NCBI GenBank assembly: GCA_003662995.1
Contig: QMZC01000008.1
Span: forward strand, 16,197-40,196
Direction of reading: 5' to 3'
DNA: 24,000 nt
Source: Archaeoglobales archaeon
Lineage (GTDB): Archaea > Halobacteriota > Archaeoglobi > Archaeoglobales > Archaeoglobaceae
The notes below the pieces were generated by a model. That model was given only the letters and a program-made list of their open reading frames with translations, searched no databases and was not told where the DNA came from. This document shows, piece after piece, positions 7,574 through 14,746 of this stretch (positions are counted from its first letter, which is position 1; each line of letters starts with the position of its first letter). The position numbers and the translations under genes are program-made.

Positions 7574-9194
7574 GAAGAGAGATGGACTGGCTAGGATTGC
7601 GAGATTGAAGGTCAATGATGAATTTGATGGTGAATTTGAGACTCCACTACTCATTGATTTTTTGAGGGATGAGTTTGTTAAGATTGTCAACTCTATGGAC
7701 TTTGGTTTAGCCCCTTATCCGATTAAAGAATTGGATTTTGGTAGGTATAAAATTCTTGGTAGCAAGGATAAGAATTTTGTAATCTTAACCGGTTTAAAAG
7801 CCTTGCAATCAAAAAAACTCGTTGAGGTGTTTTGCAATCTAAGCAATCAAGACTCGCCAAAGCCAATTTATACACCGGCATTTGCTGATCCAATCAATCT
7901 TCCTTTGTTGATATACCTTGGGGTGGACATCGTTGATAACATCATACCAATAATCGAGGCGTACAAGGGAAGCTATTACACAAATGAGGCAAAATTGGAT
8001 GTTAAAACTTTAAAGGAACTGCCATGCAACTGTCCTTTCTGTAGAGAGGGAATAGAAAAGTTAAAGGAAGTTGAGTATGCTGAGAGAAGTCGCTTAATTG
8101 CTCTTCACAACACAGAGGTTATGCGTTCCCAGATGAAATTGATCAAAGAAATGATATGGGGTGAAAATTTTAGAAACTTCGTTGAAGCGAGGATAAAACT
8201 TATCCCCGATCTAACTGTAATTTTGAGATTGGCAGATGAGAAAAACTGTGGTTACAAATTTCATTCAGCTTTTAAAAAGTCGAGAGTATATTTTAACACC
8301 ATAGAATCCTTCAATCGCCCGGAGTTAAAACTCTTTTTTGAAAGGGCATTCAAGGTTTACAAACCTCAAACAAAAACCCTACTAATTTTACCGTGCACAG
8401 CCAAGAAACCGTATTTACTCTCAAAAACACACTCCATTATAAGGGCAAAGTGCAAAATTAGGGTCAATGAGATAATTGTCTCATCCCCTTTGGTCGTTCC
8501 GAGAGAGTTCGAGCTTGTGTATCCTGCAATAAACTATGACACACCAGTCACTGGACACTGGAGTGGTGAGGAGATTGCTTTTGTTGCGGAAAAACTTAGA
8601 AGGTTTGTTGAAAAAGGGAATTTTGAGAAGGTCGTTGCTCACGTTGATGGTGGTTATAAGAGGGTTGTTGAGAGGGCTTTGAAGGATTACGATGTCGAAT
8701 TCACATCTGATGGCAACGTACTGTCAAACACATCCCTATCAAATCTAAGAAGGGCTTTGGAGGATAGAAATGAGAAGTTTGACCTTTACAATGCAATGTT
8801 TGAGCACATGGTTGAATATCAGTTTGGAATTGAGTTGACGTTGGAGAGTAGAAGTAAACGAATTAAGGGCAAATATCCAAATCTGGAATTGCTCTCAGAT
8901 GAAAGGGTTGCGAGGGTTGATACAATCTACGGAATACTTGACATCTATTATCCACTTGCAAGATTTTTAGTTGAGAGTAATGTTTATTCAGTCAAAATTG
9001 CAGAGTTTGAACCAAAAGGAACGATATTTGCTGTTGGTGTTGAAGAAGCTGATAGCAACATAAGACCGAACGACGTTGTTGCATTTTACAATGACAGAAT
9101 CTTGGGTGTTGGAAGGGCATACATGAGCGGTGAGGAAATGGTTAAGGCTAAGGGTGGTGTGGCAATAGTTGTTAAGAGGAAATGGGCAGAATAA
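7548..9194 (+). CDS. arcS: Archaeosine synthase ArcS (TgtA2): degenerate TGT-like N-domain, central domain and C-terminal PUA domain
   Basis: RDGLARIARLKV N-terminus and Zn-like LPCNCPFC...LHN. The central block is LILPCTAKKPY...SSPLVVPREFE. C-terminal EYQFG plus a PUA-like IFAVGVEEADSNIRPNDVVAFYNDRILGVGRAYMSGEEMVKAKGGVAIVVKR. It overlaps the tgtA 3' end by 26 nt, or by 14 nt if ATG 7560 is the start. Confidence 0.85.
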   Translation: MVLSMLLIEKRDGLARIARLKVNDEFDGEFETPLLIDFLRDEFVKIVNSMDFGLAPYPIKELDFGRYKILGSKDKNFVILTGLKALQSKKLVEVFCNLSNQDSPKPIYTPAFADPINLPLLIYLGVDIVDNIIPIIEAYKGSYYTNEAKLDVKTLKELPCNCPFCREGIEKLKEVEYAERSRLIALHNTEVMRSQMKLIKEMIWGENFRNFVEARIKLIPDLTVILRLADEKNCGYKFHSAFKKSRVYFNTIESFNRPELKLFFERAFKVYKPQTKTLLILPCTAKKPYLLSKTHSIIRAKCKIRVNEIIVSSPLVVPREFELVYPAINYDTPVTGHWSGEEIAFVAEKLRRFVEKGNFEKVVAHVDGGYKRVVERALKDYDVEFTSDGNVLSNTSLSNLRRALEDRNEKFDLYNAMFEHMVEYQFGIELTLESRSKRIKGKYPNLELLSDERVARVDTIYGILDIYYPLARFLVESNVYSVKIAEFEPKGTIFAVGVEEADSNIRPNDVVAFYNDRILGVGRAYMSGEEMVKAKGGVAIVVKRKWAE

Positions 9195-9221
9195 ACTGAA
9201 AAACAAATATAATAAAAAAAT

Positions 9222-10955
9222 TCAACCAGTTATTTCATTCACGAGTTTAGCATAGTAATCTAAAGCCTCATCTATAAACCTTTTATCAAGCTTTCCATGT
9301 AACGTTTCTGTTTCGAGTATTCTTTTCGGTATTCTCAAAGATTTAACGTCAAATCCCATTTTCCTCTTCAATTTCAACTTCTCTGCGTAAATCTTGCTGC
9401 CTAACTCCAGAAGCCCATTCTCATCGATTTCAACACCCAGCGGTTTGAAAGCCTCAACGATAATTTCAGGCGTATATACTTTCCTTGCAAAGAAGCAGAC
9501 AACCAAACTCGATAAAACCTGTCTCCACTTCTCCTCCTCAATCAACTTATCCACGATGTCTTTTGGCTTCACTTCTTTAACCTTTTGGTCGATTGAGTAG
9601 CCTGCTGAGTCCAAATGACTATGCCTCAAACCGATTAAATAGCCAATGTGTGCCGCATAACCAGTGTGATATCCAGGCATCTCATTGCCACCAAATGCCA
9701 GTGCAAAATCCTTTCCACCATAAACTTCCGAGGCTTTTTCAACGCCTTGAGCAAGTATTTTGTAGAATTCAGTTGGTTGCTTAACAAGATAATCAACAGC
9801 CTTCAGATATGCTTCATAATCACCAAACAACAGCCTGACGACAGTATCCTCTTCAGAAATTAGTCCCTTCTCCAAAGCCTCAGTAGCCCAAGCCAAACAA
9901 ACGCCAGTGCTCATAGCATCCAAACCGTAAACCTCAACCCTGTGTATGAGCTTCAACAACCCCTCCCTCGAATGTATGCCGAGCATCGAACCTAATGCGT
10001 AAATCAACTCGTAATCGTAGGAGATCATTATCGTCTTGTAGAAGTATTTCTCCTGCTCGTAAGGCACTCTTAAGGCAGCTATGTGGATGCAAGCTATTGG
10101 GCAGTGATTGCAGGCAATACGCCTCCCCAAATTGTAGATTGCAAAGCTCTCACCACTAATTTCCTCAGCACCCTCAAACCTCGTTGATTTGAGATTCTTC
10201 GTTGGTAAACTTCTAAGCTCGTTGAGGGGCAAGATGTTTACAGCAGTCCCAATCAGATGGTACTTTTGCATCGCATCTGATTCAAGGGTAATCTTGTAGA
10301 TTTTGTCGTAGATTTCCCTGTAACCCTTCTTGTCTTTTGGCAAAACACTGCTCCTTCCAACCACAACCAACGCTTTCAGGTTTTTGCTTCCAAAAACAGC
10401 CCCCAAGCCTAACCTTCCAAAGTGTCTGTAGGTTTCAGTTGTAACGCAAGCATACCTTACAAGCTTTTCTCCTCCCCCACCGATTCTCATTACCGTCCTT
10501 ATACCCCTCCCTTCCTCCTTCTCCGCTATGATTCTTCCAACGATTAGTGAATCTTCTATGCCCCACAGAACCCTTGAATCCCTGAAGTGCACTTTGTCAT
10601 TTTCAATTACAATGTAGATGGGTTTTTTGCTCTTGCCTTTAATTACAACAGCTCCGTATCCTGCATTGGCTATGGCGGTAGCAGTTCTTCCACCAGCGTG
10701 GGATTCACCAAGGTTCTTTGTCAATGGGCTTTTGAACAAAGCTACGGTTTTAGATGCTAAAGGATATGCGGGTGTGAAAGGACCAACAGCAAAAACGATC
10801 ACGTTCTCTTCGCTTAGCGGATCAGATTTGGGATTCAATTCCTCTTTTAAAAGCTGTATTCCAACACCAACTCCGCCAATCCACTCCTCAAACAGATCTT
10901 TGCGATTTACGATTTCATACTTGTATTTCGACAAATCGATGTAAAGAACATTCAT
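9222..10955 (-). CDS. aor: Tungsten/molybdopterin aldehyde:ferredoxin oxidoreductase family enzyme (AOR/WOR-type)
   Basis: 577-aa ORF. AOR N-domain pattern: GGVGVGIQLL, DPLSEENVIVFAVGPFT, FKSPLTKNLGESHAGG, AGYGAVVIKGKS. Fe-S Cys motif: CNHCPIAC. GGAGG lies 8 nt upstream of the ATG. Confidence 0.9.
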   Translation of the reverse strand: MNVLYIDLSKYKYEIVNRKDLFEEWIGGVGVGIQLLKEELNPKSDPLSEENVIVFAVGPFTPAYPLASKTVALFKSPLTKNLGESHAGGRTATAIANAGYGAVVIKGKSKKPIYIVIENDKVHFRDSRVLWGIEDSLIVGRIIAEKEEGRGIRTVMRIGGGGEKLVRYACVTTETYRHFGRLGLGAVFGSKNLKALVVVGRSSVLPKDKKGYREIYDKIYKITLESDAMQKYHLIGTAVNILPLNELRSLPTKNLKSTRFEGAEEISGESFAIYNLGRRIACNHCPIACIHIAALRVPYEQEKYFYKTIMISYDYELIYALGSMLGIHSREGLLKLIHRVEVYGLDAMSTGVCLAWATEALEKGLISEEDTVVRLLFGDYEAYLKAVDYLVKQPTEFYKILAQGVEKASEVYGGKDFALAFGGNEMPGYHTGYAAHIGYLIGLRHSHLDSAGYSIDQKVKEVKPKDIVDKLIEEEKWRQVLSSLVVCFFARKVYTPEIIVEAFKPLGVEIDENGLLELGSKIYAEKLKLKRKMGFDVKSLRIPKRILETETLHGKLDKRFIDEALDYYAKLVNEITG

Positions 10956-11365
10956 GCTTCAACCTCCTGAAAAGCCAAAACATCGTGTGGGCAGTAATTT
11001 GCACAATAACCGCAATGAATGCAGACCGCTGGCTTTCCGTCTTGCCTCCTAAAAATTGCCCCGATTGTGCAAGCCTCCATGCAATTTCCACACGCTATAC
11101 ACAAATTCTCCACAAAAACAACTCCACCACCTTTCTTAGGCTTTAATGCATTCGTTGGGCAAACTTGAATGCATGGAGGGTCGATGCAAGCTCTGCAAAA
11201 GATCACTGTTGCACCTCTCTCAAATCCACTAAGGCTTATAGCAAGTATCCCTGATGAGTCGATGCCTATCTCAGGCTTTTTTGCAAACTTTCTTGCACAT
11301 GCGTACATGCAAAGGCTACAACCAACACACTTTTCAATATCCTTAATGACGAGGCGTTTTGTCAT
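10952..11365 (-). CDS. Four-motif 4Fe-4S ferredoxin-domain protein, partner of the AOR
   Basis: Four Cys motifs: CVGCSLCMYAC, CRACIDPPCIQVCP, CIACGNCMEAC, CIHCGYCANYCP. The stop overlaps the aor start (ATGA at 10955-10952 on the minus strand). The track start is TTG 11386. ATG 11365 (MTKRLVIKD) is favoured, with an A/T-rich TATA-like element about 28 nt upstream. Confidence 0.85.
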   Translation of the reverse strand: MTKRLVIKDIEKCVGCSLCMYACARKFAKKPEIGIDSSGILAISLSGFERGATVIFCRACIDPPCIQVCPTNALKPKKGGGVVFVENLCIACGNCMEACTIGAIFRRQDGKPAVCIHCGYCANYCPHDVLAFQEVEA

Positions 11366-11551
11366 TATAGAAAAATGGTTTGACAAAATTTAATTTTTTT
11401 GTTAAAATTTTCTAGACTTGGATTTGAAGTCCTCTCAAATTGGCTTAGGATGCAAGGAATTGTAGTGTTTAGACAATTTATAGATGAGTCTTTCAAATTT
11501 CATCGAGTATTTCAACGTATTTTAGAACTCTCATTTTTGCAATTACACTTT

Positions 11552-11576
11552 TCCAATTTCAAATAAATAATTTCAA
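11552..11576 (+). promoter_or_regulatory. Direct repeat TCCAATTTCA-N7-AATTTCAA upstream of the flaB1 promoter (candidate activator site)
   Basis: AATTTCA occurs at 11555-11561 and 11569-11575, a 14-bp period. The same pair with the same 14-bp period occurs upstream of the third archaellin gene (20403-20409, 20417-20423). Looser copies lie at 11496-11502 and 11508-11514. Confidence 0.45.
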
Positions 11577-11604
11577 CTTAGAAAAAAGTAATTACTGAAT
11601 ATGT

Positions 11605-11620
11605 AAAAAATTTTATATAT
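11605..11620 (+). promoter_or_regulatory. BRE/TATA box of the archaellum operon promoter
   Basis: AAAAAATTTTATATAT lies 56 nt upstream of the flaB1 ATG. The predicted 5' UTR of about 30 nt contains the GGAGAGGTGGTGG Shine-Dalgarno region. Confidence 0.6.
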
Positions 11621-11675
11621 CACTGATTGTAATGATAAGGTTGATGAGGAGTAGGAAATTAGGAGAGGTGGTGGA

Positions 11676-12314
11676 ATGAAGTGGAAAATAAGAAAAGATG
11701 AAAAAGGTTTTACTGGCTTGGAAGCAGCAATCGTACTAATAGCTTTTGTAGTGGTGGCAGCGGTCTTCAGCTATGTCATGCTGGGAGCAGGTTTCTTCAC
11801 AACGCAGAAGAGCAAGAAAGTTGTGGACACTGGTGTCAAACAAGCTAGCAGCTCATTAACGCTGGATGGGCAGTATATCTATCTGAACTGCAGTAGCGAT
11901 GCCAATGGCGAAACGGGTTCAAATGGTAAAGTTGGAAAAATTTACTTCTATGTCACACAAACTGCTGGTGGAACACCAGTAGATCTGAATAAAACATCCA
12001 TATCAATAACTACCGAGAACGGATACAAACAGCTGTTCTATAATGAGAGTGCCTGTACAGTTGGTAGTGGTGGCGATAATTGTCCATGGTGGTATGACGA
12101 CACAGTTGGTGATGGCGACAACGTTGTTGAACCAAATGAGAAATACAAGATCATAATCAATGTTAGCAATACAGATTATGACTGGACTTGGAGTGGGATA
12201 GGAGATTTGAATCCTAACGACGAAATCACAATTGAAGTACGCCCACCAATTGGTGCACCACTGACGATAACAAAAACGCTACCACCGAGCTTCACGAATT
12301 TAACGTATATCTGA
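11676..12314 (+). CDS. flaB1: Archaellin (archaeal flagellin) 1, class III signal peptide
   Basis: Leader MKWKIRKDEKG followed by FTGLEAAIVLIAFVVVAAVFSYVMLGAGFFTTQKSK. Five N-x-S/T sequons. First gene of the fla operon. Confidence 0.9.
   Translation: MKWKIRKDEKGFTGLEAAIVLIAFVVVAAVFSYVMLGAGFFTTQKSKKVVDTGVKQASSSLTLDGQYIYLNCSSDANGETGSNGKVGKIYFYVTQTAGGTPVDLNKTSISITTENGYKQLFYNESACTVGSGGDNCPWWYDDTVGDGDNVVEPNEKYKIIINVSNTDYDWTWSGIGDLNPNDEITIEVRPPIGAPLTITKTLPPSFTNLTYI
11693..11743 (+). repeat. 51-nt tract identical to 12342-12392 (5' ends of flaB1 and flaB2)
   Basis: AAAAGATGAAAAAGGTTTTACTGGCTTGGAAGCAGCAATCGTACTAATAGC is present in both genes, including all synonymous positions. Confidence 0.9.
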
Positions 12315-12324
12315 GGTGATGCCC

Positions 12325-12936
12325 ATGGTGTGGAAAATAGTAAAAGATGAAAAAGGTTTTACTGGCTTGGAAGCAGCAATCGTACTAATAGCGTTCGTCA
12401 CAGTTGCAGCAGTCTTCAGCTACGTATTGCTAGGAGCAGGTTTCTTTGCAACTCAGAAGGGTCAGGAAACTGTACATACTGGTGTCAAACAGGCTACTAG
12501 CAGCATGGAGCTTGTTGGATCAATAGTTGCTACAGGAAATATTTCTGCAAACAAAATTGAGAATGTTACGTTCACAATTCAGCTTGCAGCGGGTGGACAG
12601 TCGATTGACCTGAACAAGACAGTCATAACAGTTCTTGTTCCTTCAGACGGTGATTTCGTAGAGTTGACGTACAACAACAGCACGGATCTAGATAAGAGCT
12701 CAGACTATTATGTCAACTGGGTTTACAGTTTGCAGGGTGATAATCCTGACGACTACCTTGAAGAGTTTGAGAAGGCCGAAATTACCGTATATTTGGGGTG
12801 CACTGATGGTGCAGGCTTAAATATCGGCCCGAATGATGACTTCATAATTGAAGTTAAACCTCCAATCGGTGCAACGTATCCAATTGAGCTCAAGGCTCCA
12901 CCGGCCATCGACGATATAATGGTGCTGCTGAAGTAA
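12325..12936 (+). CDS. flaB2: Archaellin 2, class III signal peptide
   Basis: MVWKIVKDEKG followed by FTGLEAAIVLIAFVTVAAVFSYVLLGAGFFATQKGQ. The track start is GTG 12316. ATG 12325 is preferred by homology with the flaB1 leader and by GAGGTGAT (12313-12320) 4 nt upstream. Confidence 0.9.
   Translation: MVWKIVKDEKGFTGLEAAIVLIAFVTVAAVFSYVLLGAGFFATQKGQETVHTGVKQATSSMELVGSIVATGNISANKIENVTFTIQLAAGGQSIDLNKTVITVLVPSDGDFVELTYNNSTDLDKSSDYYVNWVYSLQGDNPDDYLEEFEKAEITVYLGCTDGAGLNIGPNDDFIIEVKPPIGATYPIELKAPPAIDDIMVLLK
12342..12392 (+). repeat. Second copy of the 51-nt identical tract (see 11693-11743)
   Basis: Exact identity read directly from the sequence. Confidence 0.9.
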
Positions 12937-12940
12937 AAAC

Positions 12941-12972
12941 TTTTCAAATTTTTTAATATTTTTTAATTTTTT
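12941..12972 (+). terminator. Cluster of oligo-T tracts between flaB2 and flaD/E (probable partial terminator)
   Basis: T4 (12941-12944), T6 (12949-12954), T6 (12959-12964) and T6 (12967-12972) fall within 32 nt. AAGGAGGTGA and the flaD/E ATG follow. Confidence 0.5.
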
Positions 12973-12986
12973 AAGGAGGTGAATAG

Positions 12987-13760
12987 ATGGAAAATCTCGA
13001 CCAATCAATGATAGACGACATAATCGCAAGTGCAGAATCAGATACTCCCGAATCCAAATTAGCTCAGCTTGAGGAGGAGATAACTGAGATAAAGGGTTCG
13101 ATAAAAAAGTTGCTGTTAGACATAAGGGAGACGATGAACCAACTGGAAAACCCGTTTCAAAGCCTATCCAGTTTGGCTGAAGGTGCATTAGGTGGAGCTC
13201 AAAAGGTTCAGGCTGTTCAGGTAATTCCACCTTACGTGGAGGAAGAGGAAGATAAAGACAAAGAAGTAAGAAAAGAGGAAAAAGATGAAAAGAAGGAAAA
13301 GGAGGAGGTGAGAGAAGAAAAGAAAGAGGAAAAGAGAGAAAAAATTGAAGAAACTGGAAGAACAAAAGGTGATACAAGATTTGAGCCTAGGTTTGAACCT
13401 AAGATTGACTACCATGCAGAAATAATCGAAAAACCAAAGTTGGAAGATTTGAAGAAATTCGATAAGATCAAACAGATCGATCCCCTTGCATTGTACAGCA
13501 TTATGGAATGGAGTAAAGAAATGTTAAGCAAATACAACAAAGAAACGATTAAAGAGTTGGTTGAAGTTTTTGAGATGGTTGGTTACATCACGCAGGAAGT
13601 TAGAGATATAGTGTTGAAGATAATTGAACTCATAAGTAGGAACGGCGATCTTGATAGGGCCGTTATTGATCTGTATAAATTGTACAACATCCTGAATCCT
13701 GAGGATATTAGTTTAGACTCCAAAGTTTTGAAGTTGCTTTTGAGTAATGAGAGATCTTAG
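12987..13760 (+). CDS. flaD/E: Archaellum accessory protein FlaD/E-like (ArlD/E)
   Basis: The C-terminal block DPLALYSIMEWSKEMLSKYNKETIKELVEVFEMVGYITQEVRDIVLKIIELI matches my recollection of the conserved FlaD/E domain. There is an N-terminal coiled coil and a central K/E-rich low-complexity stretch. The gene sits between the archaellins and flaG. Confidence 0.7.
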   Translation: MENLDQSMIDDIIASAESDTPESKLAQLEEEITEIKGSIKKLLLDIRETMNQLENPFQSLSSLAEGALGGAQKVQAVQVIPPYVEEEEDKDKEVRKEEKDEKKEKEEVREEKKEEKREKIEETGRTKGDTRFEPRFEPKIDYHAEIIEKPKLEDLKKFDKIKQIDPLALYSIMEWSKEMLSKYNKETIKELVEVFEMVGYITQEVRDIVLKIIELISRNGDLDRAVIDLYKLYNILNPEDISLDSKVLKLLLSNERS

Positions 13761-13768
13761 GTGTCAAT

Positions 13769-14257
13769 ATGGCGAGGGAGGTTATTACAACAGCTTTGCT
13801 GGCGATAGCAAGCATTATAGCTGTTGCAGCTTTAATCAAAGCTGCAATTCCATCGATTCATAGCATGGCTGGTACGTTTAACTCCCTCGCCGAAAATATG
13901 GAAGAGAGAATTGAGACGAATGTAGATATAATTTTTATTAGCGTTAATAGTGGTAAGGATACTGTCTATATCTGGGTTAAAAATATTGGTAATAATAAAA
14001 TTCCTGTTGGTTATGTAAATAAGAGTGATTTGTTCATCTATTCGTCATCAAATTATTGGCACGTCTTGTTTAATTCCGCATCGCATCCCACTTGGGATTA
14101 TGAGTTCGAGAACGGAGATGGAGATAATTACTGGGAAACTGGCGAAACAATAAAAATCACTGTCCAATTCGGAAGTGCATTGAGCAGTGATGAATATACA
14201 GCAGATTTTATTCTCTACAATGGAATCTCGACGTCTGATATTTTCTCAGTGGGGTGA
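13769..14257 (+). CDS. flaG: Archaellum protein FlaG-like (ArlG)
   Basis: 162 aa. N-terminal hydrophobic helix EVITTALLAIASIIAVAALIKAAIP followed by a beta-rich domain. Operon position is before flaF. The G versus F assignment rests on the N-terminal pattern and gene order. Confidence 0.65.
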   Translation: MAREVITTALLAIASIIAVAALIKAAIPSIHSMAGTFNSLAENMEERIETNVDIIFISVNSGKDTVYIWVKNIGNNKIPVGYVNKSDLFIYSSSNYWHVLFNSASHPTWDYEFENGDGDNYWETGETIKITVQFGSALSSDEYTADFILYNGISTSDIFSVG

Positions 14258-14261
14258 TTCT

Positions 14262-14741
14262 ATGGGATTCGATACGATTATCGTATCGATAATATCAATT
14301 GCGATGATTCTTGTAATCGCTTATTCCTTCGTTATGGAAACGGACAATATTGTAGATAGCGTACATACAGGTTTTAATTCTCTACATAAAACTACAATAA
14401 AGAGAATTCACACCGACATAAGCATCGAAAACATCCGTTGGAATCTTACTGGAAACAAGCACTTGTACATCAATGTGACAAACACCGGAGATACAAAAAT
14501 CAGCGATTACAGTTTGTGGGATGTAGTTTTGATTAAAAATGGTGTGGTTGAATATCTCGATTACGATACAGATTGGGATGTGTATGCATTCTACAACGAC
14601 ACAATTAACCCGAACATTCTCGATCCATCTGAAACGCTTGAAATTAGGATTTTGAGAACATTCAATTCGGGTGATGTTGTTTGGATTGAAGTTTCAACGC
14701 CGAATGGCGTTGTTGCTGCAAAAAGGTATGTGGTGGGGTGA
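14262..14741 (+). CDS. flaF: Archaellum protein FlaF-like (ArlF)
   Basis: Starts MGFDTIIVSIISIAMILVIAYSF, the MGF- start typical of FlaF as I recall, followed by a beta-rich domain. The track start 14187 would overlap flaG by 71 nt. ATG 14262 lies 4 nt after the flaG stop. Confidence 0.65.
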   Translation: MGFDTIIVSIISIAMILVIAYSFVMETDNIVDSVHTGFNSLHKTTIKRIHTDISIENIRWNLTGNKHLYINVTNTGDTKISDYSLWDVVLIKNGVVEYLDYDTDWDVYAFYNDTINPNILDPSETLEIRILRTFNSGDVVWIEVSTPNGVVAAKRYVVG

Positions 14742-14746
14742 TAACC

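Noticed and set aside
11415-11431. GACTT-N7-AAGTC inverted repeat in the aor/flaB1 divergent region
   Set aside because: It is only a 5-bp arm in AT-rich DNA, which is expected by chance. It is kept only as a note.
12817-13415. Two minus-strand ORFs (186 aa and 75 aa) antisense to flaB2/flaD/E
   Set aside because: They are Pro/Leu/Phe-rich shadows of the homopurine K/E-coding tract. They have no ribosome-binding site and overlap well-supported genes.
14187-14261. Long N-terminal extension of the flaF ORF given in the track (MMNIQQILFSTMESRRLIFSQWGDS)
   Set aside because: It would overlap flaG by 71 nt. The ATG at 14262, 4 nt after the flaG stop, gives the typical MGF- hydrophobic N-terminus.
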